Of a stretch of DNA of 64,000 nucleotides, positions 1-10,772 are shown piece after piece. The position numbers and the translations under genes were made by a program. Origin of the DNA: Eledone cirrhosa (Eukaryota); NCBI GenBank assembly GCA_964016885.1, contig OZ024742.1, positions 208,196,001-208,260,000 on the forward strand. The letters run 5' to 3'. Within the stretch, counting starts at the first letter, position 1; every line of letters begins with the position of its first letter. The notes beneath the pieces were generated by a model. The model saw only the letters and a list, made by a program, of their open reading frames with translations. It was not told where the DNA came from and ran no database searches.

Positions 1-787
1 CTGTTTTCATTTCTGTGCAGGTGTCTTTCCGGCACCTAAGTCAGAGAAATTCATTGTATATATTGATAAGCCACAAAAATAAACACAATAGATTGTTCAC
101 GACATGCACTTTACATAGTTATAAGTATATCATTTGCTTCATACATATGCACATTATGTTTATAATCACATTTACAACAGAATGATAATCAATCATATAA
201 GAGTGCTGCATTATTTACAACTTACATAATTACGAATGTAATGAAATCAATTATGTAAAATAAAATTACATTGATGATTATCTTTCTCATAACGATAGTG
301 GTCTTCTCAACACATGTGCCGTACCGCTAAAACAATTTGTCCAATTCTTGCAGTGATGGTGAGCCAGCGATCATTCTAAAGTAATTTTCTGTTACCTTTT
401 TTTTTTATCATTTCTAGTACTCCTACAATCACGGGTATTGAGATGTCACAGATTTTTTTCAATTTCATAAAGCAAATCTACCTGTTCTGAGCCTGTCAAA
501 TTCTTTTTGCCGATCTCAAGGGATGTTCATATCTATCTTCATCATTAAGACGAGTAATGCACTGGGGTCAATTTACTCGATTTTCCCCTCCCCTAAAATT
601 GTTGTCCTCGTTGTTCAACGGTTGTTCAACGGATTGAAATACGTTTGTCATTAATATTTATGTTTCGAACGGGAAATAATATTTTAGTCTTTGCCCCAAA
701 GAAAGGACTCCCCATAATATTTGGGCCTTTTGGCCCAAATATTTTAACTTCGTGTGGTTAAAAGAAATTTGTTATCGAAAAAAAAAC

Positions 788-2334
788 ATGGCGGAGGCAC
801 GCCCCCCAACTTTGACTTTGCTGTCTTGCGACAGCGAGTCAAACTCTGAGTTTAATAACGCTACCCCTCCCCCAACCATTTTAAATTGTAACAACACATC
901 AGGCAATATCGCCAACACCAGCACCAACAACAGTGAGAACAAAAATGACAACAGCAGCAACAGCGAGATTACCAAAAATACTAAAAAAAAAAAACAGTCG
1001 TGAACAAGAACGACAACAGCACCAACAACAACTAGACCAAAACGAAAAACAACTGCAATAATGACAACACCAACAACAGAAATAACGACAACAAAGACAA
1101 CAATATCAACAACAGTGACAACCACAACAACAGCAAAAACAACAATAACAATAGCAGTAGCAACAATATCAACGAAAACAACAAGGAAATTAACACCACT
1201 AACGAGAACATAAACAGCGACTGCACTAACAGCAACAATACCAACTGCATCGAAAACAACAAGAACGGCGGCACGAAAGACAACAATTATAACAGCAACA
1301 GTGATAACAGCAACGACACCAACAAGAACAACGACAACAACAACAACGCAACCAATGATAAGGAGAACACTTTCGCTGCGGCAGCAGCCAAAAAGAGACC
1401 ATGCTTCAGCATGGACCTCTCGAGCAAAGATGAAAAGTTGACCCAGGCCTGGAAGCTCATCAAACAAGAGCAAACCTCGGCCAACTTAACTGTCCCGGTA
1501 GAAGCTATTGATATAGTGGAGCGCAGAACGGTACATTACAGATGTATGTCAGCAGAAACCAAGAGGGCAGCTTTAATTCCACAAGCAGATGTCGAAGTCG
1601 CGCTGTGGTGCATCAGGGATGACACCGAATATATAGCGAGGGGCAGACAATACGGCACCATTTCGGAGCTGTTTAAGTCAGAAGCCCTCGCTATGAAACA
1701 TGCTATGACCCCTTACAATACCAGCGAGGTCATAATGTCCCTCCCACATGGGAAAACGAACTTCGCATTCCCAGAATCCCACCAGGACTTGACATATGGT
1801 GGCATCTGGGATGTGTGATTGTGGAGGGGACGGATATCGTCCCGATAGAAGTGACAAGAACTGCCAGAGAGGATTGGTCCGAGGTTGACCTGGAGATACT
1901 TCTCCAAATCAGGTCGGAGAATGTCAAAAAGTCCCGGACCACATCCGTCTTCAGAATGGGACGGTCATTCACATTATGAACAAATACACACACAAACATC
2001 TGAAACCACATACACCGCACTCACAACAAACTCAGACACAACAGAAACAACACCATCAAAACCATCACCACCACAGCCACGCAAATAAATAAAATCACAC
2101 CAAAAAACATACAAAATGTTGTGCTCGTCAGGAGGGCCAATAAGGAACTGATGGCCCTCGTAGCACGAAGTGAAGAAATACAAAAAGAGGGGACATTTTT
2201 AAATCTAGCACATTTAGCGTGCCGAAAGATTTGTTTCTGGTGCGAATGTCTCTCGATTTATAGAAAGAGATACGAGACAGCTTTCCTCGTATGGAGGTTG
2301 AACCACCCGACGTTCACAAGAGCCCGGAAGGTAA
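788..2334 (+). pseudogene. Tx1 copy A ORF1, frameshifted
   Basis: Asn/Thr-rich N-terminus, a TFAAAAA motif matching SFAGIAK/SFAIVAK in B/C, and RRTVHYRC matching HCTVTYRT. Multiple frameshifts. Confidence 0.75.
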
Positions 2335-2367
2335 ATAAACCTTTCCTCTCTCTTTTAGCCTGCCAAC

Positions 2368-5300
2368 ATGGCCGTATTAAGAGTAGGAAGTTTAAATGTT
2401 CGAGGCCTGGGATCATCCTGGAAACAGGGTCACCTGTTCAACCACCTCAGGTCTCTAGAAATGGATGTAATTGCCATCGGCGAGACCAGGAATTCCGACG
2501 AGCCCCCCTTTTCGACGACTATCAGATCTTTGCCTCTGTTAGTCGGCCGGGAATGGAAGGTGGGGTGGCAGTGCCGTTTAGGAAAGGCCTGGATCACGAG
2601 GTAAGGTCGATCTTCCGGGACCCGGACGGTATGTTGGTGGTCTTAGACGTGAACAATAACGAAGGTGGTGCCTTTAGACTGGTGACCGTCTACGCCCAAC
2701 TGGCGCAGGACGGCAGGACTTCTTTAGACGCCTGGAAGCCTTTCTGGGTACGTCTCGCCCTTTACTGTTAGCGGAGGACTGGAACAGCATCTTAGACGCA
2801 CGCTGGGACAGTGTGGGAATATTTCATAGGAGCGGGGGGGAGGAGGTGCAAAAGCCTCAAGTACCTGATCAACCAATTCCAACTGCCTGACAGGTACTGA
2901 ATAGATTTCCCTAATGCGCCAGTGTGGACCTGGACCAACCGCATAGGGTCATCTAGATCGTGTATAGACAAGGTATTCATTAGGAAAATAGACTGAAATA
3001 GTGTTGGCTGTCCACGTTTTAAAATGGTTGCCTATTCAGATCGCAAGTTTGTGATCTGTATGATCGACCTAGATAAGACGCGTAGGTTAGGACATGGTTA
3101 CGGGAAGCTGAACATATCATTTCCGGCTTACAGGGACCGGGTCAACAATTTAGTTAATAAAAAGTTGACAGGGGGAGTCGTCAATAATAGATGGTGGTGG
3201 AGGGGGGGGGGGCTCTCAAAGGAGAGATTAGAGTAACTTCGATAGGGTTTAGCAAAGAAGTAGCGTTAAAGAAAAATAGAGAGGAGGGGGAGCTGGTAGA
3301 TAAGTTAGACGAGGCTATTTGTAATGGCATTGTAAGTGACGTACTAGTGACGAGAATGGCATTAGACCATTTCTTCAATGCGAAACACGAAGGTTGCATG
3401 GTCAGAGCTAAGGCGCGTGCTCTGAGAAACGGGGGAACCAAAGCTGATCCATGGGACCGTGGAACAGGCGCAGCGTGGTAATAAAATCACGATTTGGTCT
3501 TTGACTACCGAGACAGACACGAGCTAAACGATTACAAGCGGATGCGTGAGGCCTTTCGTCAACATTTTTCTCGGTTATTCGGGGAAGTGGCGGGTCAGAA
3601 ACGTTGGCGGATTTCAGTCCCTACCTCGATGGCTTGCCGCAACTCTCGATGGCCGACGCTGAGCGCTGCGAAAGAACGATTACATCAGCCGAAAAATAGG
3701 ATGCCCTTGTCAGCTGCATGAGGCGCAAGTCACCAGGTTTTGATGGTCTGCCCTACGAGCTTTACGTAAATATGCCAGACTTGTTCTCCGATCTCCTCGA
3801 AGTGCTCTACTGCAACTGGCAACAGAACGGGAGTATTCCCAGTTCTGTCAGCCGGGGCGTAGTGACGCTGATAAGCAAAGACGAGAAAAAGAAGGACATA
3901 TTAGACAATTTCAGGCCCATAATTCTGCTCAACACAGAGTTTAAGATTTGGACAAAGGTGTTAGCGAAGAGGTTGGTGCTTGACGTCATGGATTTGGTTG
4001 GGGAGGCGCAAACATGCGCAATCCAAACGAGGTCCATACACGGCAACTTCCACCTCATGCGATACATCATAGAGAAGGTAGGGTGTACACCTGGCTTCTG
4101 TGGGGCTCTGATAAATTTAGATCAATCGAAAGCATTTTATAGGGTCGATTATCGGTACCTGGAGGCTGTCCTCAAGGTAGCTGGCTTCGGCCCCGTCTTC
4201 AGAAGCTGGATCGCTGCAATGCACAGCGGCATCTGCTCGGTGGTCAAAGTTAAGGGTCACCTCTCGGAATCGTTTCAGATTTCCCGATCGATCCGTCAAG
4301 GGTGCCCTCTCTCCTCCCTTTTGTACGTATTGACTCTCGAGCCTTTACTGCGGAAGCTTGAGTTGTAGCAGGGCATCCCGCTCGAAACGGGATGCAGAAG
4401 GAATGTGTCAGTTTATGTGGACGACATCACCGTGATGGTGTCGCACAACTCGGAAATCGAGGTGGTCGGCAACTTATTGGAGGAATATGAAAGGTTGACA
4501 GAAGCAAAACTCAACCTGGAAAAGTCGGTGGGCTTGCAACTCGGCACGCGGAGAAGCAAGTCCATGCCGTCCAACAGCGTCGATTGGCGCCTGACAGACG
4601 GACCGGTGAAGTTGCTCGGGGTTTGGTTCGGGCCAGAACTCCAGCTGGATAACACTTGGGACTAGGTGACAGCAAGGGTAGCCAGTCTCACCCAGAAAAG
4701 GGCTGCGAGGAAGCTATAACTGAAAGGTCGGGCGGAGGTGGCGAACGCGTACATCGCGTCCGTCATCTACTACCGCCTGACCTTCGACCATTTCCTACGC
4801 TCGCGCATTGCCAACTTGGAACGGCTCCTTTTCAAATTCTTGTGGAGGGGTCAGGTTTAGTTGGTGAGGCGGTCCATCTGCTGCCAGCACCCTCTACGTG
4901 GAGGGCTTGGCATGCCGTGGCTAAAGATGCGCAGACACGCGCGGAGGCTGCGGCATCTCCAGATATTCTTCCTAAACAGTGAACAGGTGTGGTCGCCGTT
5001 TGTCAGACGGGCCTTTCCGCAGCTCGTCTCTTTGACTGAGCTGCAGTTGTGGGTCTAGAAGAAACCAAAACTGGGTCACTGGCATCTGGAATGTTGGCAG
5101 GCACTCACTGCCCTCTACCAGGTGGGGAATGCGGTCATTTGAACTTCCACTCTCGAGTTCTATAGAGGTTTAGATATACGCAAGTACGACGACGCACTCC
5201 GAGAGGCTCTGGGCGTCGACGGAGTCGAACTAAGCAGTCTGTTGCGGAGGACTTACGAGCCGGAGGGCACTGCCGGTTCGAGATAAACTCTACAAGCAGG

Positions 5301-5750
5301 GAACTGCAGTCAGACGGAACTGCCCGAGATGTGCGCAGATCGATGAAACCGTTCTGCTCGCACTTGTCCAGTGTCCGTGCATTACAGACTTGTGGAGTTA
5401 TGTCGAACAGCCGTTGTCGCGTGTAGAATGGATCCGGCTATCGGCCGAGTCCATAGTGAGGATCGAACCGCCGCCTTCTTTTGGCCAGGAAGGGCAGGCA
5501 ATTTTCCTCTGTCTGATGTCAGTAGCGAAATAGGTTGTATGGTGGACCATATTGAAAGGTGTGAAGACAGACACTTTTCTCTTCAGCCAATCCCTCATCA
5601 AATTTGTCAAGTTTCACATGGAAAGGAAGCTGAGGGTGGAGAGAGAAGTTCTGCCCCCCCCCCCCATCTACCTCCAGTACATTTGCTGAAAGGTGGGTAA
5701 ATGTGGCGAGAATGGCCCGTTGGAGAGGGCCTACTCTGATCATGCGCCTG
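2368..5750 (+). pseudogene. Tx1 copy A ORF2 (APE endonuclease, RT, zinc finger), many stops and frameshifts
   Basis: ORF pieces at 2368, 3191, 3718, 4405 and 4861 align by eye to the 1139-aa ORF at 57120-60539. Confidence 0.92.
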
Positions 5751-6008
5751 CAGGTGGGTAAATTTGAGAGGGAGAGGGGTGTCTTCCCGGGTGCTCCAGA
5801 AGTGTCGGGTAGTTCAGAATTGGTGGCTCACCTGAGTAAACGCTGGGTGGTCACCCCCCTACCTATTAGGGAATTTTCTTGTATTTTATTGTTACTTTGT
5901 TATTGCTATTTATATTGTTTACACGTTGTATAAGTATATGTAAACCCCCACTGTCCCAGTCTTTTTTATTGTCCCCTATATGTCGGCCCTTGTGGCCAAT
6001 AAATGAAA

Positions 6009-6010
<2 letters not shown>

Positions 6011-6048
<38 letters not shown>
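6011..6048. repeat. (ATT)n between the Tx1-A 3' end and the R4/Dong-like 3' end
   Basis: Direct reading. Confidence 0.98.
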
Positions 6049-6051
<3 letters not shown>

Positions 6052-6926
6052 AATTGCATTTATCTTTCTTTATGTTCATATGAGCTATCACCCAGTCACA
6101 ACCAGTGACCTCAAGAGAATACAAGGTCCGCCATGTTCAAGAAAGAACATATATACACACACATGCATCTTTAGGTGTTTAGACTTGTGATGTACTTATA
6201 TTGACAGAATCTTCCTTAGTATATGGGCAGTTCCCATTAGTACTATCTTTTGTATTTCTCCGATACGCGGGTATCCTAGGATTTGCGATAAGTAATCATT
6301 AGACCCCTTAGGTATCATTCCTAGAGCGCCTACAACCACTGGTATTGTTTTAGTTCTCAATTTCCACATTTTTCCAATTTCTATCTCCAGGTCCTTATAC
6401 TTGCTCAATTTTTCAAATGATTTTATAGATACATTCTTGTCTATTGGAACGGACATATCAATTAGCAGGCATACCCTCTTTTTAAAGTCCTTCAGTATTA
6501 TATCAGGTCTATTTGGATCTATTTTTCGGTCTGTTTCGATGCTAAAGTTCCACAAGATTGAGATGTGATCTTTTTCAAGTATGGGAGGTGGTTGATGCTC
6601 CCACCAATTCTTTTGATGGGGCAGGTCAAAATGCTTACACATTATCCAATGTATGTATTGTGCAGCTCTGTCATGCCTGTTTAGGTATTCGGTTGGAGCT
6701 ATAGGACTGCACATTGAAATTATATGATCAATCGTCTCAGGTTGTTTTTTACATACACGGCATAATGGGCTGCATTCATTTTTTATTATGTTGGCTTGGT
6801 AATTTTTTGTTGGCAGACACTGATCTTGTGCTGATATAATCAGTCCTTCAGTCTCCGATTTCAGTCCAGAGGATGCCAACACTTGATGGGTTACAGTTTT
6901 CTCAACATCAGGATTGTTAGCTCTTT
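6049..6926 (-). mobile_element. 5'-truncated R4/Dong-like RLE non-LTR retrotransposon, family D1
   Basis: ORF 6196-6882 has the CRVC..ETIDHIISMC knuckle, RHD, and NRPDI...LIDMSVP...EKLSKY (PD-(D/E)xK nuclease). (TAA)n on both sides of the sense strand. Confidence 0.9.
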
Positions 6927-6960
6927 TATTATTATTATTATTATTATTATTGTTGTTATT

Positions 6961-8383
6961 ACTCTTTGAGTCTCAGTCATTGATGTTAGTTAACTGGAAA
7001 GTTTGTTGAAATGAATATCAAGCCAATACCTGCAGCCTCAGATATTCAGGACGTATCGGAGAGTTCTTGCTGTTCCCAGCAAGTATGCCTTTTGAAGCTT
7101 TCCAAAAAGCGTGAAAGGGGCCAATTTTCTTTAACCATCCCTGGAAACTTTTTGCGATAGTCCCTAGTGCGCCTATGACAATCGGGATCACTTTGACTTC
7201 ATGGCAGTTCCAAATCCTTTTTACCTCCCACTTTAAGTCCTGGTATCGGTTAATTTTCTCCCTCTCCTTCTCTTGCACTCTCGTGTCGAATGGGCAGGCC
7301 ACATCCACAATCAGGCACGATCTTTTTTCCTTGTCCACAACCACCAGGTCAGGTTTATTGTGTTCCAGTTTCTTGTCCGTCTGTATCCTAAAATCCCACA
7401 GTACCTTCACCTGATCGTTTTCTATCACCGCCTCTGGCTTATGCTCATACCACTTCTCAGAATGTGGTAAATTGTTTACTTTGCATAGGTGCCAGTGGAT
7501 CACCCTGCCCATCACATCATGTCTCCAGCCCTTATAGTGAGTCTGGAATAGGTGTTTACACTCGGATACAATGTGAGCCACAGTCTCCTCTCTCTCTCTC
7601 CACAGATCCTGCACAGTGGGCTAGCCTCCTCTTTGTAAATATGGTGTTTCAACCACTTCGTTTTGAAGGCCTGCTCCTGCGCAGCCATTAATATTTCTTC
7701 TGTAGCCTTCTTAAGGTCTCCTCTTTTCAACCAGTTCCATGTCTGTGGATCTCTAAATTTAGTTTTCTCAAAGAAGGTACTATGAAGGGATTTTTCATGA
7801 AGGTTGCTCTTTCTCCTTGATGTTATTTCCTCCTTGGACATCCCTTGGCCTATTGTCCCTTCCATCAGTACAGTTCTGAGCATTGGCTCGTTACTGTCAG
7901 TCACGTATTTGTGTAGGTTGTTTTTCTCCATCTGAACACAGTCCTCTATGCTGATAAGACCTCTTCCACCCTCAGATCTCCTTAAGTAGAGTCTATCGAC
8001 ATCACTCCTCTTGTGGAACATGTTGTAGATAGTCAATAGCTTCCTAGTCTTCTTATCCATTTCTTTCTGTTCAGCAACATTCCATCTCAGAATTCCCGCA
8101 CTGTACCTAATAATAGACACAGCTCGTGAATTTACTGCACTTATGGCATTCCTACTGTTCAGATGTGACTTCAATACGCTCTTTACTCTCCGAATGTATT
8201 CAGTTCTTATCAATTCCTTCATTTTTTTGTTCTTGATGTCATCAGCCTCCAGAACGCCCAAATACTTGTATCCTTCTTCAGATTCAATTTCCTTTATCAT
8301 CTCACCCGTTGGTACCTGGATTCCGTTACTTCTGCTCAACTTACCCCTCTTCATCACAATGACTCCACACTTACTAATACCAA
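6961..8383 (-). mobile_element. 5'-truncated R4/Dong-like RLE element, family D2
   Basis: YKYLG, LYLRRSEGGRGL, AAQEQA, CRIC..ETVAHIVSEC, RHD, NKPDL..IVDVACP, EKINRY. One frameshift near 7590. (TAA)n flanks. Confidence 0.9.
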
Positions 8384-8396
8384 ATTATTATTATTA

Positions 8397-8428
<32 letters not shown>
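8384..8428. repeat. (ATT)n between the D2 5' end and the Tx1-B 5' end
   Basis: Direct reading. Confidence 0.97.
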
Positions 8429-8643
8429 GAATGCCATGGTTGACGGAGGCTCGGCTCTGTAAGGTATAGTAATTTTTAACCGTTAAAACAATTGTAAATT
8501 GTTTAAAACTTGAACCAAATTGTTGATAAAGACACCCTCCTCCTCGTGAGAGGGGTCTTTCTGTCCGTTATTTGGCCCTTCGGGGTTAAATAACCAGTTA
8601 TTGGGGTTTTGTACCCAAAATTTCATTTTAAACAAAAAACAAC

Positions 8644-10737
8644 ATGGCTACGAAAAATAAATTTCATACGTCACTCCCACTCATTCCGTCTTCTTCTTCC
8701 TCAATCATCACTACAGCAGAGAGAAGATTGTCTCTCTCCCTCCCTTCTTTCAATGTGTCTCTCTCCCTCCCTTCTCTTTCGCAAGTGACGAAAGAAAAGA
8801 AAAGTCTCGTGCAAAGCGTGCAAGGTTTCTCCACGACGACGACGACAGCGACGAAACAGGTGTGCGGGAAATACGAAAACCCAGTTCATTCGTCTGACGT
8901 CAGGAATAATAGCAGTAGCAGCCGTAATAACAACAGCAACAGTGACAATGAAAACAACAGTAGCAGCCGCAACAGCATCACCAGCAGCATAAACAACAAC
9001 AGCATTAGCAGCAGCAACACCAACAACAACCACAGCAACAGCGGCGGAGTCAGTAGTCGTAGTACCTGCAGCAACAACAAAAGTACCAGCAGCTCTGACG
9101 ACAACAACAACAGCAGAGAAAAACCAATCTCATTTGCAGGTATTGCGAAAAACTTGGAAACAATCCTCATAACAAATGAGGAATTAGAGGAAGCGAAGAA
9201 GATGGTTACAAAGAACGTACACCGAGCAATCTGCAAGGCAGCGGAAAAATTTTTCGAAACCCAAGAGCACTGTACGGTCACGTACCGTACAGTAAGTACA
9301 AAATCCCGTAGGATGGAAAGAGCCACAGAGGCCCAAATACAAAAAGCCTTGGGGTCTGTGTGGCAGCGGAAAACGCACATCACCCGAGGCAAAAAATATG
9401 CCACCGTAGACGTACTTTTTGCCACACCCCAGGAGGCAAAGGCCCAATCAGTAGTGACCCTAAGGAGCGAGGAAATGGTGTTGGTGCCCTCCTACTGCGG
9501 GCAAAAAATTGTGAGGGTCAAACTGACCCACGTCCCCCCCAGAATGACCCCTTCTTGGCTGGCCGCGTCTGTCCTCGTCGGAATCGAGGACAAAACAACT
9601 GTACTGCAAGTACAGAAAAAAGTAAGAGAAGATTGGGTCGGCTCCTCCATTGAGATGCTAATCCAAACCAACCAGGAGTGCATCGAAGCTATCCCGGATG
9701 TGATAGACTTCGATAACGGCACTCAACTGCCCATAAGTGTTGAGGGCAAACGCCCGAAATGCTTTCGCTGTGGATCGAAGACTCACCTCAGGGCCTTCTG
9801 CAACGAGAAGACCCTGAGAAAGAAGAAAACCCCCCTCCTTCCGAATCCGGCTCCACGGCTACCAGCAACAGGACAAGCGGCAACCAGGAACGATAGGTCC
9901 GTGGCACCCATACCCACTCCACGGAAATCAAAAACAGCAGCAGCAGTGGAAATATTAACAACAACAACAGCAATACCAAATGCAGCTGCAACAGAGACTC
10001 CAGTGCAAACATCACCAACAACAACAAGTGAAAGAGTGGAGCTGGTACCCCTCCCCGACCTCACAGAATCAGACATGGAGTGTGAGGTGGGAGAGGGATG
10101 GCAAAATGTCGCAAGAAGGCACAAACGCAGAAGCAGCGCATCGTCGCCTTTGAAAAGGGAGGAAAGAAATGAGAAAAGGGTAAAGTCTACTGCAAAGAGA
10201 CCCACAGCAGCAACACCACCAACACCATCACCACCCACACCAGCACCACCATCACCACTGGCGACAACCCCACCGCCAACAACACCTTCAACACCACCAC
10301 CACAAGCACCAACATCGCAAACACAACAAAACACACACACCCAGCAACAACGACAAGAAAATAGCAGAACCACACCCCACCCCCAGAAAATCAAATGCAC
10401 GGCAATAAACACACACAACAAGAAACTAATGACTTACATAATTGAACACACAGACATTTCACAACAGGACTACATAATACCAGCACCAATCAAAACGCCA
10501 ACTAACATAAGACTGCTAAAAATAGCACAGAAACAATACACAAACATTAAAACGAAATTCCCCAACGCATTTGGTGATTTCAGGGACCTAGGAGGAACCA
10601 TCAATCGAAGAGTATATTCAGACATTCTCTTAGAAGAGCCGACGACCAGCCGAAGGGACGATTCAACGGTCCCTTCACCAGACGATCAAGTGAAAAGGGA
10701 TGTAAAAACCATCCCTCCTCTACCAAAAGTACGGTAA
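8644..10737 (+). CDS. Tx1 ORF1 protein (697 aa), intact, with CCHC zinc knuckle
   Basis: Uninterrupted ORF with CFRCGSKTHLRAFC (CX2CX4HX4C) and Asn/Ser- and Pro/Thr-rich tracts, directly upstream of ORF2. Confidence 0.9.
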   Translation: MATKNKFHTSLPLIPSSSSSIITTAERRLSLSLPSFNVSLSLPSLSQVTKEKKSLVQSVQGFSTTTTTATKQVCGKYENPVHSSDVRNNSSSSRNNNSNSDNENNSSSRNSITSSINNNSISSSNTNNNHSNSGGVSSRSTCSNNKSTSSSDDNNNSREKPISFAGIAKNLETILITNEELEEAKKMVTKNVHRAICKAAEKFFETQEHCTVTYRTVSTKSRRMERATEAQIQKALGSVWQRKTHITRGKKYATVDVLFATPQEAKAQSVVTLRSEEMVLVPSYCGQKIVRVKLTHVPPRMTPSWLAASVLVGIEDKTTVLQVQKKVREDWVGSSIEMLIQTNQECIEAIPDVIDFDNGTQLPISVEGKRPKCFRCGSKTHLRAFCNEKTLRKKKTPLLPNPAPRLPATGQAATRNDRSVAPIPTPRKSKTAAAVEILTTTTAIPNAAATETPVQTSPTTTSERVELVPLPDLTESDMECEVGEGWQNVARRHKRRSSASSPLKREERNEKRVKSTAKRPTAATPPTPSPPTPAPPSPLATTPPPTTPSTPPPQAPTSQTQQNTHTQQQRQENSRTTPHPQKIKCTAINTHNKKLMTYIIEHTDISQQDYIIPAPIKTPTNIRLLKIAQKQYTNIKTKFPNAFGDFRDLGGTINRRVYSDILLEEPTTSRRDDSTVPSPDDQVKRDVKTIPPLPKVR

Positions 10738-10772
10738 GTGGTCTTTCCCATCTTTTCCACTCTATTTTAAAC

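Larger units (their letters stand above)
660..6010 (+). mobile_element. Tx1-clade (L1 superfamily) LINE, copy A, near full length, degraded
   Basis: Fragmented ORF1 from ATG 788. ORF2 fragments are homologous to copies B and C (MAVLRVGSLNVRGL APE start, KSPGFDGLPYE, RQGCPLS, YVDDI). 3' end is ...CCAATAAATGAAATC followed by (ATT)n. 5' boundary approximate. Confidence 0.92.
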
